A stretch of 64,000 nucleotides of DNA, taken from NCBI RefSeq assembly GCF_900105685.1, contig NZ_LT629781.1, positions 3,396,611 through 3,460,610 on the forward strand, written 5' to 3'. The notes beneath the pieces are model-generated. The model was not told the DNA's origin. It saw only the letters and a program-made list of their open reading frames with translations, and did no database searches. Below, piece after piece: positions 43,572 to 53,388 of this stretch. Origin of the DNA: Verrucomicrobium sp. GAS474 (GTDB lineage Bacteria; Verrucomicrobiota; Verrucomicrobiia; Methylacidiphilales; GAS474). The translations under genes were made by a program, and so were the position numbers. Each line of letters opens with the position of its first letter. Within the stretch, counting starts at the first letter, position 1.

Positions 43572-45652
43572 CATCGCCTTTCGATCCTGGAAAAGACCGG
43601 ATTCCGCGCCGACGCCGTCCGCAGGAGGTAAATCCGCACGTCGTCGATCTCCGTGACGAGGCGGTAATGCGCCTCCACATAGGCGGCGAGTTCCGGGAAG
43701 GAATCGATCCGTTCCTGACGCCAATCGGCGAAGAACCACGCGTGGGGCGTGACGGCGTCGACGAGGAACCGGGGCCGGTTCCGCCGCACATCGTCCAGGA
43801 ACCGCGCGCGGTACATCTCCCGCAGCGGGCCGGGGCGGATCGCCATGTCGCTCCCCGGATCGCGGGTCCCCATCGGCAGGCCGGTCTCGGCGCTCATCGC
43901 CGAGTACCAGCCCCAGACGGCCACCCGTTCGGGCACCGCCGCATCCCCTCGCAACGCTCGGATCTGCGCCGCCACGGGATAGATCGAGGGATCCTTCCAT
44001 TTGGCCACCTCCCCCACCTCGCTGATCCGGAAGTGGACCATGAAGGCATAGGGAAGGACCACCGCGAGGAGGCAGGCCGCCGCCCCCTCCCCCGGCCTCC
44101 CCCACCGCACCACGACCAGCGTCCCGAGGATCACGGCCAGAAACCCGAAGGGGGTGAAATGGGGCATCGCCGCCACGACCCCGGCGAAGAGGATCACGCC
44201 CAGCCACTTCCCCCGCCGCGCCAGCGCCCAGGCCAATCCGGCCAGGGCGAGCAGGGCGACCCAACCGCCCCACATCATCGCCCGGGGCAGCACCGCCGCC
44301 TCGCGCGGGCCGAATTGATCCATGTCGATCGCATGATGCTGCGTGAGGCCGATGAACAACGCCTCCCGCGTCACGAGGAGAAAGACCGTCCCGACCGCGA
44401 GCCATCCCAGCGCGAACGAGGAAGAAACCGGGCGCCTGACCAAGCCGACCGGGATCGCCTCCCGATCGACACTCCATTCCCATCCCCGCGCCACCACGGC
44501 CCATCCCACGGCGAGGGCCGGGATCGTGAAGATCGCGTAATGATGATAATTCCGCCCCGAGGCCCCCACCGCCAGGAACGCGAATACGCCGAAGCCGACC
44601 GCCCAGGCGGCCCACAGCCATTGGGTCCGCCCCCAGCGCCTCCAGCCCGGCAAGAGAAAGACCGTCGCCACGACCGCCGCCTGCACCAGGAAAAGCGTCA
44701 TGGGGATTTTGGGGTTCAGCACAAACTGGAGGATCAGCTTCACCCGCGCCACGATCCCGGCCCCCTCCCCCACGTAACCGAAGGCCCAGACGACATATCC
44801 GTTCCAGAAATCGAGGAACCGCCCCGCCGCCGCCAGCGGCCCCAGCAACGCCGCCGCCGGAACCCCCGTTCCCGCAAGGAGGCAGAGACAGAGCCACAGC
44901 GATGCCCCCTGCCGCCGCCATCCGATCAGCGCCACGCCGGAGAGGAACAAAAAGAGCGCGATCGGGGCCGCCTGCAGCTTGACGAACAGCATCGCCCCGA
45001 CCGCCACGCCGAGGCCGAACGCCGCCCACCTCCCCTTCCCCCCCTCCGAACGCCTGGCGAAGAGAACAGCCAGGGCCCACAACGCCCCGCCGCACAAGGG
45101 GAGGCAGGGATACTCGCTCGCATAAAACAAGAGGCTGAGGGCGAACAGGGAGAGAAAGGGCGGCACCGCCAGCCCCGCGATCCGCTCCCCCCAGACCCGC
45201 CGCGCCCCCAGCCAGAACAGGCCGAGGAAGAGAACCATGTCGAGGAGGACCGTGATCCGGGCCGTCGCATAGTCGATCGGCAGGCCAAAAGGAACCGTCC
45301 AGAGCAGTTGCAACGGAATCAGCGGCCCGCCCGAATACCCGTCGACCTCCCGCCACGGCAGGGCATGGGGGACATCGCGATACGTCACCGCTTCGGAGAC
45401 GAAGACCGCCTCGTCGATATTGAACGCCTCCCGATGGACGACGAGGGGCGATTGCAGCGTCAGCAACGCCGCGAACGCGAGGAGGAGGAAAAGCCCGAGG
45501 CGGAGGGCGGTCCGCCTCCCCCCTTTGCCGACCCCCGCCGGAACCTCCGGGAAAAAGGGCGCCAAGGCCACCGCACCCGCCCCCGCCAGCAACAGGAGGC
45601 CGAGGCTCCAGCGAAGGACAGGATGCCCGTCGAGGAAGAGGAGGAGCGTCAT
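43547..45652 (-). CDS. GT-C-fold membrane glycosyltransferase (ArnT/PMT-like, family 39-like)
   Basis: ~700 aa; ≥12 TM helices; first-loop acidic motif (HREAFNIDEAVFVSEA) typical of GT-C enzymes; soluble C-terminal domain. Start taken at MTLLLFLDGHPVL. Confidence 0.6.
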   Translation of the reverse strand: MTLLLFLDGHPVLRWSLGLLLLAGAGAVALAPFFPEVPAGVGKGGRRTALRLGLFLLLAFAALLTLQSPLVVHREAFNIDEAVFVSEAVTYRDVPHALPWREVDGYSGGPLIPLQLLWTVPFGLPIDYATARITVLLDMVLFLGLFWLGARRVWGERIAGLAVPPFLSLFALSLLFYASEYPCLPLCGGALWALAVLFARRSEGGKGRWAAFGLGVAVGAMLFVKLQAAPIALFLFLSGVALIGWRRQGASLWLCLCLLAGTGVPAAALLGPLAAAGRFLDFWNGYVVWAFGYVGEGAGIVARVKLILQFVLNPKIPMTLFLVQAAVVATVFLLPGWRRWGRTQWLWAAWAVGFGVFAFLAVGASGRNYHHYAIFTIPALAVGWAVVARGWEWSVDREAIPVGLVRRPVSSSFALGWLAVGTVFLLVTREALFIGLTQHHAIDMDQFGPREAAVLPRAMMWGGWVALLALAGLAWALARRGKWLGVILFAGVVAAMPHFTPFGFLAVILGTLVVVRWGRPGEGAAACLLAVVLPYAFMVHFRISEVGEVAKWKDPSIYPVAAQIRALRGDAAVPERVAVWGWYSAMSAETGLPMGTRDPGSDMAIRPGPLREMYRARFLDDVRRNRPRFLVDAVTPHAWFFADWRQERIDSFPELAAYVEAHYRLVTEIDDVRIYLLRTASARNPVFSRIERRWAWRRSPN

Positions 45653-45866
45653 TCGCCCGTCCCGAGGAGGGTCTTGAACTTCATCAACAGCAAACTCAAA
45701 CAGAGTTTTTATTCTTTTCAATGGAAATAAAAGAGAGCAAACAAGTTAGACTCATTCGGCCCCGTTCCCCTTCCATTTATTACCCTCGAGAACAGGCAAA
45801 CGGCACACCCCTTGCTTAAATCCCATCGGAGCCTTATCCGGTCTTTCCCCCATCGATCCTTTCCCC

Positions 45867-47411
45867 ATGTCCACGGTCAAAACTGAAAAAAGCGATTCGT
45901 CCCAGTCTCAGAAATCGACCCCCGCCGCGGAAAGCACCCCGCCGCCCTCCGTCTTCGACTCCTACCCCCTCGACGAAGGCATCTACGACGAGATGTTCGA
46001 GAAGGAAGGCGGGGCCCGCAAGGCCTACCGCCCCCTCCACCGGAAGCTGAAGGAACTCCCCCACGAGGACGTCCGGAAGCGCCAGCAGGCCGCCGACAAC
46101 GCCTTCCTCCACCAGGGCATCACCTTCGCCGTCTACGGCCGCAAGGAAGGGACCGAGAAGATCATCCCCTTCGACCTCCTCCCCCGCATCATCACCGGGG
46201 CCGAGTGGGACCACCTGGAAAAGGGCCTCACCCAGCGCATCACCGCGCTGAACCTCTTCCTCAAGGACATCTACGGCCCCTGCAAGATCATCGCCGACAA
46301 GATCATCCCCGCGGAGCTCATCTACACCTGCCCCCAATACCGCCGCGAGATGCGCGGCTGGCGCGTCCGGCGGGACATCTACGTCTCCATCTGCGGCTCC
46401 GACATGCTCCGCATGCCCGACGGCAGCTTCGTCATCCTCGAGGACAACCTCCGCGTCCCCAGCGGCGTCTCCTACATGCTGACGAACCGGCAGGTGATGA
46501 AGAACACCTTCCCCGGCATCTTCCGCAACAGCCACGTCCGCCCGATCGACCACTACGGCCAGTCCCTCCTCACCACCCTGCGGGAGCTCTCCCCCCTCGG
46601 CCGTTCGGAGCCCTCCATCGTCCTCCTGACGCCCGGCATCTACAACTCGGCCTACTTCGAGCACTCCTTCCTCGCCTGGCAGATGGGCATCCCCCTCGTC
46701 CAGGGCCAGGACCTCATCGTCCACGACAACATCGTCTACATGAAGACGACGGCGGGGCTGAAGCGCGTCGACACCATCTACCGCCGGATCGACGACGACT
46801 TCATCGATCCCGTCGCCTTCCGCGAGGACTCCATGCTCGGCGTCCCCGGCCTCTTCAACGCCTACCGCGCGGGCAACGTCAACCTCGCCAACGCCCTCGG
46901 CACCGGCATCGCCGACGACAAGGCCATCTACGCCTACGTCCCGGACATGATCCGCTACTACCTGAAGGAGGAACCGGTCCTCCACAACGTCGAGACCTAC
47001 CTCTGCGTCCGCGACAAGGACCGCCAGCACGTCCTGGCGAACCTCGACAAGCTCGTCGTCAAGGCCGTCGGCGAGTCGGGCGGCTACGGCATGCTCATCG
47101 GGCCGCAGAGCACGAAGGAGCAGCGCGCCGAGTTCGCCGACAAGATCAAGTCGAACCCCCGCAACTACATCGCCCAGCCGACGCTCAGCTTCTCCCGCTC
47201 CCCCTGCTTCGTCGATGGGAAGATGGAACCCCGCCACATCGATCTCCGGCCCTTCATCCTCTTCGGGGAAAAGGTCCGCATCGTCCCCGGCGGCCTCACC
47301 CGCGTCGCCTTCACCCGCGGTTCCCTGGTCGTGAACTCCTCCCAGGGCGGCGGCAGCAAGGACACCTGGGTCGTCAACGACGAGCCGGCCAAGGGAACCA
47401 AAGCCGACTAA
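45867..47411 (+). CDS. Circularly permuted ATP-grasp protein, type 2
   Basis: 514 aa; family hallmark motifs (…[17 protein letters not shown]…, …[11 protein letters not shown]…), conserved architecture. Confidence 0.85.
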   Translation: MSTVKTEKSDSSQSQKSTPAAESTPPPSVFDSYPLDEGIYDEMFEKEGGARKAYRPLHRKLKELPHEDVRKRQQAADNAFLHQGITFAVYGRKEGTEKIIPFDLLPRIITGAEWDHLEKGLTQRITALNLFLKDIYGPCKIIADKIIPAELIYTCPQYRREMRGWRVRRDIYVSICGSDMLRMPDGSFVILEDNLRVPSGVSYMLTNRQVMKNTFPGIFRNSHVRPIDHYGQSLLTTLRELSPLGRSEPSIVLLTPGIYNSAYFEHSFLAWQMGIPLVQGQDLIVHDNIVYMKTTAGLKRVDTIYRRIDDDFIDPVAFREDSMLGVPGLFNAYRAGNVNLANALGTGIADDKAIYAYVPDMIRYYLKEEPVLHNVETYLCVRDKDRQHVLANLDKLVVKAVGESGGYGMLIGPQSTKEQRAEFADKIKSNPRNYIAQPTLSFSRSPCFVDGKMEPRHIDLRPFILFGEKVRIVPGGLTRVAFTRGSLVVNSSQGGGSKDTWVVNDEPAKGTKAD

Positions 47412-47447
47412 GCACAAACGCCAGCCCACCCCAGCGAAACCCTTCCT

Positions 47448-48410
47448 ATGCTTTCCCGCGTTGCCGACAGCCTCTACTGGATGGCCCGTTACCTCGAACG
47501 GGCCGAGCGTTCCGCCCGCCTCCTCAGCGTCCACCTCCACCTCATGCTCGACCACTCCGGCGGCAGCGAGGAGGAACGCTGGAAGCGGATCCTCGACAGC
47601 CTCTCGATCCCCGTCCCGAAGGACGTCCCGCTGGAGAGCGCGCCGATGCTCCATTACCTCGTCCTCGATCCCGAGAACAGCGCCTCCATCCTCACCTCGA
47701 TCAGCGCCGCCCGGTCGAACGCCCGCCAGCTCCGCGACCACATCAGCTCCGAGATGTGGTCCCAGCTGAACCGCCTCCACCTCCGCCTCCGGGAGCCCGG
47801 CTTCGCCTCGATCCTCTCGACCGATCCCAACGACCTCCTGCGCCAGATCATCGACAGCATCACCCTCTTCAACGGCCTCACCCACACCACCATCAACCGG
47901 GGCGAGTCGTGGCAGTTCATCCTCATCGGCCGCTACCTGGAGCGGGCCTCCCTCGTCTCCACCTTCACCAGCACCCACTTCCGCACCTTCTACAAGAAGA
48001 AGGAGGGCGGGGGCGTCGGGGAGAACTTCATGGAATGGGTCGGCCTCCTCAAGGCGTGCAGCGCCTTCGAGTCGTTCTGCAACCACCACACCGCCGACAT
48101 CCAGCCGAAGCTCGTCGCCGAGTACCTCCTCCTGGAGCCCGAGTTCCCGCAGGCCGCCTGCTTCGCCGCCCTCGCCGTCGACGAGGCCGCCCACCGCATC
48201 GTCGAGCTCAATGACGGGGAGCACACCCCCACCCTCGTCCGCCGCGCCGGGAAGCTCGCCTCGATGCTCCGCTACGCCGAGATCGACGACGTCCTCGCCG
48301 GGGATCTCCACGCCTTCACCGCCTCGATCGAGGCCCAGTCGGACCAGATCCACCAGGCCGTCTACAGCAGCTACATCAACTTCCCCCTCGAAAACGCCAT
48401 CGCGATCTAG
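47448..48410 (+). CDS. Alpha-E domain protein (DUF403)
   Basis: 320 aa; MLSRVADSLYWMARYLERAE... is the characteristic alpha-E N-terminus; always paired with the permuted ATP-grasp. Confidence 0.85.
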   Translation: MLSRVADSLYWMARYLERAERSARLLSVHLHLMLDHSGGSEEERWKRILDSLSIPVPKDVPLESAPMLHYLVLDPENSASILTSISAARSNARQLRDHISSEMWSQLNRLHLRLREPGFASILSTDPNDLLRQIIDSITLFNGLTHTTINRGESWQFILIGRYLERASLVSTFTSTHFRTFYKKKEGGGVGENFMEWVGLLKACSAFESFCNHHTADIQPKLVAEYLLLEPEFPQAACFAALAVDEAAHRIVELNDGEHTPTLVRRAGKLASMLRYAEIDDVLAGDLHAFTASIEAQSDQIHQAVYSSYINFPLENAIAI

Positions 48411-48423
48411 CCCCCTCCGCGCC

Positions 48424-49329
48424 ATGTTCTATTCCATCCTCCACCGCACCCGGCACGAGTACTCGGCCCCCGTCTCGGAGAACCTCGTCGAATGCCGGAT
48501 GATGCCCCGCTCCGAGGGAGCCCAGCGCTGCCTCGCCTTCGAGCTCCAGACCGAGCCCCGCAGCAACGTCCTCCACTACCCCGACCACCAGGGGAACACC
48601 GTCCACCACTTCGACATCCCCCGCCTCCACGAGCACCTCGTGATCACCGCCCGGGCCATCGTCGAGGTCGTCGATGAGTTCCCCTCCGTCACCACCCAGA
48701 ACTCCGACATCTGGGAGGAGATCGAGCACCTCACCTCCCAGGGCGGCGACTACTGGGAGGACCTCATGCCGAGCAAATTCGTCCAGACGACCCCGGCCCT
48801 CCTCGAACTGGTGAAGGCGCTCAACGTCGTCCGCCGGGGCGATCCCTACACCCTCCTCACCGAGATCAACAAGGGGCTGAAGAAGAAGCTCTCCCTCGTC
48901 CCGCCCCCCTCCCGCGTCCCCTCGCCGTTGGAAGAGGTCCTCGCCAAGGGCAAGGCGACGAGCCAGGACTTCAGCCACCTCATGATCGCCCTCGTCCGGC
49001 AGCTCGGCATCCCGGCCCGCTACGTCAACGGCTACTACCTCTGGAGCGCCGAAGGCCACAAGATGGCCGACCGCGCCGACACCCATTCCTGGGTCGAGGT
49101 CTGCCTCCCCGGCTGGGGCTGGGTCGGCTTCGACCCCACCCACGGCACCGTCCCCACCACCCGCCACATCCGCGTCGCCACGGGCCGGGACTACGCCGAC
49201 GTCCCCTCGACGCGCGGCGTCTTCCAGGGCATGGCCGAGCGCAAGATCGAGAGCAAGGTGACCGTGAAGGAGCTGCAGGAAGGGCCGAAGCACGTCTTCT
49301 CCCTCCCCGCGCAGCTCGACCATCACTAG
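48424..49329 (+). CDS. Transglutaminase-like cysteine peptidase family protein (Bact_transglu_N plus TGase core)
   Basis: MFYSILHRTRHEYSAPV... typical N-terminal domain; catalytic triad context (…GKATSQDFSHLMIALVRQLGIPARYVNGY…, …HSWVEV…, …GFDPTHG…). Confidence 0.85.
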   Translation: MFYSILHRTRHEYSAPVSENLVECRMMPRSEGAQRCLAFELQTEPRSNVLHYPDHQGNTVHHFDIPRLHEHLVITARAIVEVVDEFPSVTTQNSDIWEEIEHLTSQGGDYWEDLMPSKFVQTTPALLELVKALNVVRRGDPYTLLTEINKGLKKKLSLVPPPSRVPSPLEEVLAKGKATSQDFSHLMIALVRQLGIPARYVNGYYLWSAEGHKMADRADTHSWVEVCLPGWGWVGFDPTHGTVPTTRHIRVATGRDYADVPSTRGVFQGMAERKIESKVTVKELQEGPKHVFSLPAQLDHH

Positions 49330-49371
49330 GGCCCATCGACATTCAGGGCCAGGCCGCGTTGCTCCTTGGCC

Positions 49372-49629
49372 CTAGACCTCGATCGCCGCGATCCTCTCCG
49401 CGATCGTCCGCGTTTTCGGCCAATCGCCCGGCTGGCGCAGGAGGACCGTCTCGATCCGCCACAGGGCGACGAAAAGCGCGTCGGCCCCCAGCTTCCGCTC
49501 GGCGATGTCATGGAGCTGGAGCAGGTAGGGATCGTACTCGTCCTCGATCGGCCGTTCCGACGCGATGTCGAGCGGGTCCCAATCGCGGACGAGGATCGTG
49601 CGGATCGCTTCGTTGAGTTCGGTTCCCAT
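49372..49629 (-). CDS. Small hypothetical protein
   Basis: 85 aa (MGTELNEAIRTILVRDWDPLDIASE...); genuine-looking acidic helical protein convergent with the TGase gene. Confidence 0.4.
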   Translation of the reverse strand: MGTELNEAIRTILVRDWDPLDIASERPIEDEYDPYLLQLHDIAERKLGADALFVALWRIETVLLRQPGDWPKTRTIAERIAAIEV

Positions 49630-49637
49630 GCGTCCCC

Positions 49638-50438
49638 TTAACCGATCTTCAGGGCATAGCGCCCGTTCCGGCGCGACACGCCCATCCTGGCGCCGAAGGC
49701 GGCGGAAAGGACCGCCCTCGTCACCGTCTTTTCCAGCGTCCCCGAGGCGATCACCCGTCCCTTCCGCAGGACCAGCCCATGGGTGAAGCCGGGAACGATC
49801 TCCTCCACGTGATGGGTCACGAGGATCACCGTCGGGGCGTCGGGCCGGGCGACCCATTTTTGGAGGAAGCCGAGGAATTCCTCCCGCGCCGCCGGATCGA
49901 GGCCCGCGCAGGGCTCGTCGAGGATCAGGACATGGACGTCGGCCATCAGGGCGCGGGCGATCAAGACCCGCTGCCTCTCCCCCTGGGAAAGGAAAAGCCA
50001 CGGCCGGTCGGCCAGGCGGCGGCAGCCGAGGCGGGAGAGGAGCGCCAGTCCCTTCTTCCGATCGGCCGCCTTCACCGGCCCCCAATGATTGACGACGGCC
50101 TCCTTGCCGGTGACGACCACCTCGAGCCCCGTCTCCCCGTCCTCGACGCGCTGCCGGAGCGCCGAACTGACCAGCCCGACCTGCTTCCGCAGTTCCCGCC
50201 AGTCGTACGCGCCGAAGGTCCGCCCGAGGAGCGCGACCGTCCCCGAGCTCGCCGGGAGATACCCCGTCAACGCCGAGAGGAGCGAGGTCTTGCCCGAGCC
50301 GTTGGCCCCCAGCAACACCCAATGCTCCCCCCGCCCGATCGTCCAGTCGATGTCCCGCAGGATCGCCGTCTCCCGGAGCAGGGAAAGGCCGTGGATGTCG
50401 AGAATCGGTTGGTCTGAAGACGAAGAAGGCCGCCGCAT
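49638..50438 (-). CDS. ABC transporter ATP-binding protein (standalone ATPase)
   Basis: Walker A GANGSGKTSLL, signature LSQGERQRV, Walker B VLILDEP, H-loop; no permease gene adjacent. Confidence 0.8.
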   Translation of the reverse strand: MRRPSSSSDQPILDIHGLSLLRETAILRDIDWTIGRGEHWVLLGANGSGKTSLLSALTGYLPASSGTVALLGRTFGAYDWRELRKQVGLVSSALRQRVEDGETGLEVVVTGKEAVVNHWGPVKAADRKKGLALLSRLGCRRLADRPWLFLSQGERQRVLIARALMADVHVLILDEPCAGLDPAAREEFLGFLQKWVARPDAPTVILVTHHVEEIVPGFTHGLVLRKGRVIASGTLEKTVTRAVLSAAFGARMGVSRRNGRYALKIG

Positions 50439-50498
50439 AGCAAGCCACTATGGCGGCGGCCCCGACGGAAATCAACCGAGGGCGGTGAAGTCGCTGCC

Positions 50499-51461
50499 TT
50501 AGTAAGGCCGCGTCACGAACTGGAAGATCGCGTCGTCGTTCCCCGGCAGGCCCTCGTGGCCGAAGTCGGGATAGATGCGGAGCGATTTCGGCGCCGTGAT
50601 TTTGTTGTAGGCCGCGAACTGGGTCGAGGGCGGGCAGACCGAATCCATCAGGCCGACGCTCATCACCGTCTCCGCCTTGATGCGCGGGGCGAGGTTCTGG
50701 ATGTCGATGTAGCCGAGCTTCATGAAGATCTCGTCCTCCCGCTCGTGGAGCGGATCGAAGTTGCGGAAGTAGGTCTTCAGCTCCGCGTAGGCGTCCTTCG
50801 CCTGATCCATCTCCCAGACCCGGCGGTAATCGCTCAGGAACGGGAAGACCGTCGCGAGGCGGCGGATGCGGGGCTCCAGCGCCGCGCAGGCGATGGCGAG
50901 CGCCCCGCCCTGGCTGCCGCCCATCGCCGCGACGCGGGTGGCGTCGACGCCCGGAAGGCCCATCACGATCCCGGCGAGCTGCGCCGTATCGAGGAAGATC
51001 TGGCGGAAGAGGAGCCCCTCGGGCGCGCCGTCGAGGCCGCGGATGATGTGCCCGTTATGGGTCGTCCCGGAGACGCCGCCCCGGTCCTCGGAGCGCCCGC
51101 CCTGACCCCGGCAATCGAGCGCCGCGACGGTGAAACCGGCGGCGACGAGGGCGAGTTTCCCCTGCCAATCGCCGCAGCTCCCCGTATAGCCGTGGAACTG
51201 GACGACGGCCGGCTGGAGTCCCGCCGAGGCCTTCGGCCGGAGCAGCTTCGCGTGGATCCGCGAGCCGCCGACGCCGGTGAAGTAGAGATCGTGGCAATCG
51301 GCGAACGGCGCCTGGAAGGCGGCGGGAACGAGATCGACCTTCGGGTCGAGGGCCTTCATCTCGGCCAGGCTCCGGTCCCAGAAGGCATCGAAGTCACCGG
51401 GCCGAGGAGAGAGCCCCTGGTAATGATGGAGCTTTTCGAGAGGAAGATCAACGAGGGGCAT
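50499..51461 (-). CDS. Acetylxylan esterase / cephalosporin-C deacetylase family (CE7, AXE1)
   Basis: 320 aa; alpha/beta hydrolase with nucleophile motif GGSQGG and conserved AXE1 N-terminal region (…DFDAFWDRSLAE…). Confidence 0.8.
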   Translation of the reverse strand: MPLVDLPLEKLHHYQGLSPRPGDFDAFWDRSLAEMKALDPKVDLVPAAFQAPFADCHDLYFTGVGGSRIHAKLLRPKASAGLQPAVVQFHGYTGSCGDWQGKLALVAAGFTVAALDCRGQGGRSEDRGGVSGTTHNGHIIRGLDGAPEGLLFRQIFLDTAQLAGIVMGLPGVDATRVAAMGGSQGGALAIACAALEPRIRRLATVFPFLSDYRRVWEMDQAKDAYAELKTYFRNFDPLHEREDEIFMKLGYIDIQNLAPRIKAETVMSVGLMDSVCPPSTQFAAYNKITAPKSLRIYPDFGHEGLPGNDDAIFQFVTRPY

Positions 51462-51506
51462 AGTGCCGTGAACGGTAGCAGGCCCGCCGGAAAAGAAAAG
51501 CGGGGG

Positions 51507-52124
51507 CTATCGTCCCGCCACGTAAAACCGCAGCGCCTCGATCTGCGGCGTCAATTCCCGCAGCGGATAGACCCCCTGCGCGAACCCCGCCCCCGGATCG
51601 CGGATCAGGTAATCGAAGCCCCGCTTCCCGACGATGACGACGAAGTGCGTCGTCCCGCCCCGCATCCGCAGGCGGACGATCGAGGGGATGCCGCGCCAGA
51701 GGTTCCGGTCGACGAGGAAATGGGAGGGCAGATCCTCGTAGACCTTCCGCACCGTCCCGGGCCGCAGGGCCTCGGCCCCCTCCCACTCGATCCAGCCCTG
51801 CGGCGTGTAGCCGCCGGTCTCGGTGAGGAAGAGATTGAGGAAATGGGGATCGGTCGGGATCCCGAAATAACAGAGCACCATCGCCGCCGAGGTGACGGCG
51901 CACCCCTCCCCGCCGAGCCGTCCCGGCGTCGCCCCGAGGAAGTCGTCCCCCCAGCGCGGGTCGTTCTGCGCGAAGCCGGGCACCGGGAGGAGGATCGTCT
52001 TCGGGAACCAGAGCCCGCCCGACGAAGCCATCGGTCCCGTCGCGGTCCATCGCCAATAAAAAAACCCGGTCCCGAGGAGAAGCAGCAGGAGCAACGCCGC
52101 CGAGGAGACCAGGACGCGCCGCAT
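51507..52124 (-). CDS. Membrane-anchored peptidase C39-like (papain-fold) domain protein
   Basis: N-terminal TM/signal; EGCAVTSAAMVLCYFG resembles the C39/C39-like catalytic Cys region; downstream His (GGTTHFVVIVG). Confidence 0.55.
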   Translation of the reverse strand: MRRVLVSSAALLLLLLLGTGFFYWRWTATGPMASSGGLWFPKTILLPVPGFAQNDPRWGDDFLGATPGRLGGEGCAVTSAAMVLCYFGIPTDPHFLNLFLTETGGYTPQGWIEWEGAEALRPGTVRKVYEDLPSHFLVDRNLWRGIPSIVRLRMRGGTTHFVVIVGKRGFDYLIRDPGAGFAQGVYPLRELTPQIEALRFYVAGR

Positions 52125-52134
52125 CGCCCCTCTC

Positions 52135-53364
52135 CTACCGGATCAGCCCCCAACGGGCGCCGAACGGCCAATAGACGACGAGGCCGACCCCCACCGTGTT
52201 CTCCCGGGGAACCGCGCCCCAGAAGCGGCTGTCCTGGCTGTTGTAGCTGTTGTCCCCCATCGCCCAGAACGTATCGGGCTCGACGCTGTACGTCTCCGCC
52301 GGTCCGCGCAGGAAGCTCGGCGGATTGACGAGGGAGTTGAGATAGCCGTAGCCCCGGTAGCCGTCCTGCGCCGCCTCGACGCGCCGGATCGCCCACGGGA
52401 TCGTCGCCCCCTCGGAGACCCCGTTGATCTCGAGCAGCGGCGGGATGAGGCGGAGGGTGTCGCCCGGGAGGCCGACGCACCGCTTGATGTAGAACTGGGA
52501 GGTGAAGATGCCGCGCCGGGCCATGTCGTCCTCGATCCCCCGGATGCCGTTCGTGCGGAAGACGAAGACCTCTCCCCGCTTCGGGAGGCGGAAGTTGAAG
52601 GAAAACTTGTCGACGAAGACCTGGTCCCCCGCCGAGTTCCGGTAGCTGAGGACCGGCTCCCCGGCCTCGAAGCGCTGCCCCACGGCGAGGCCCAGCTTGT
52701 AGGTCACCGCGTCCTTCGTGATCCAGGCCCGGCGCGTCTCGCCGGTGTCGAAGAGGATGTCGGTGTAATCGAACCACGGGGTGAGGCTCCCCCCCTGGAT
52801 GTCGGTGATCCTCGCCGGATGGTCGAGGACGATCAGCCCGTCGCTCTCCCCGAAGACGAGCTGCCGCCAGATCGAGCCGAGGAACGAGGTCTTCGCATGG
52901 GAGGCCGCGTCGACCTTCACCGTCTGGATGCCGTAGAGCGTCGGCTTCATCGAGTCGGTCGGGATCTTGAAGGGTTGGAGGAAGAAGGCCCGCAGCGCGA
53001 GGGCCGCCGCGATGGCGACGAAGGCCACCTCGACGTTCTCCCGGAGCCAGTCGTTCCCCCGGACCGGGAAGAGCGAGACCGCGATCTCCTCCCCCTTTTC
53101 CATCAGCGGCGCGTAGCGGGCCGTCTCCCGCCGCTTCAGCGCCCCGCCCAGTTCCTCCTCGAAGGCGAGGACCTCGCGGAGCTGCGCCGCCGGGATGCGG
53201 TCGGAATTATAGATGCGCTGCTTGCGGATCGCCTTCAGGTAATCGTCGGCCTGGGAACGGAGCGTCCACTTCGCCCAGAACCCTTCCGGGGCGGCCTGGG
53301 CCGGCCTGACCTGCGCCGCCTTGGAGTCTTTGGGCTTGGGGGAATCGGAGGGGAGACGATCCAT
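52135..53364 (-). CDS. lepB: Signal peptidase I
   Basis: Catalytic Ser box IPTDSMKPTL, Lys box, and GDNSYNSQDSRFWG box E; long N-terminal cytoplasmic extension. Confidence 0.85.
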   Translation of the reverse strand: MDRLPSDSPKPKDSKAAQVRPAQAAPEGFWAKWTLRSQADDYLKAIRKQRIYNSDRIPAAQLREVLAFEEELGGALKRRETARYAPLMEKGEEIAVSLFPVRGNDWLRENVEVAFVAIAAALALRAFFLQPFKIPTDSMKPTLYGIQTVKVDAASHAKTSFLGSIWRQLVFGESDGLIVLDHPARITDIQGGSLTPWFDYTDILFDTGETRRAWITKDAVTYKLGLAVGQRFEAGEPVLSYRNSAGDQVFVDKFSFNFRLPKRGEVFVFRTNGIRGIEDDMARRGIFTSQFYIKRCVGLPGDTLRLIPPLLEINGVSEGATIPWAIRRVEAAQDGYRGYGYLNSLVNPPSFLRGPAETYSVEPDTFWAMGDNSYNSQDSRFWGAVPRENTVGVGLVVYWPFGARWGLIR

Positions 53365-53388
53365 AAAAAGGGGCTGGGGGAATGGCGA

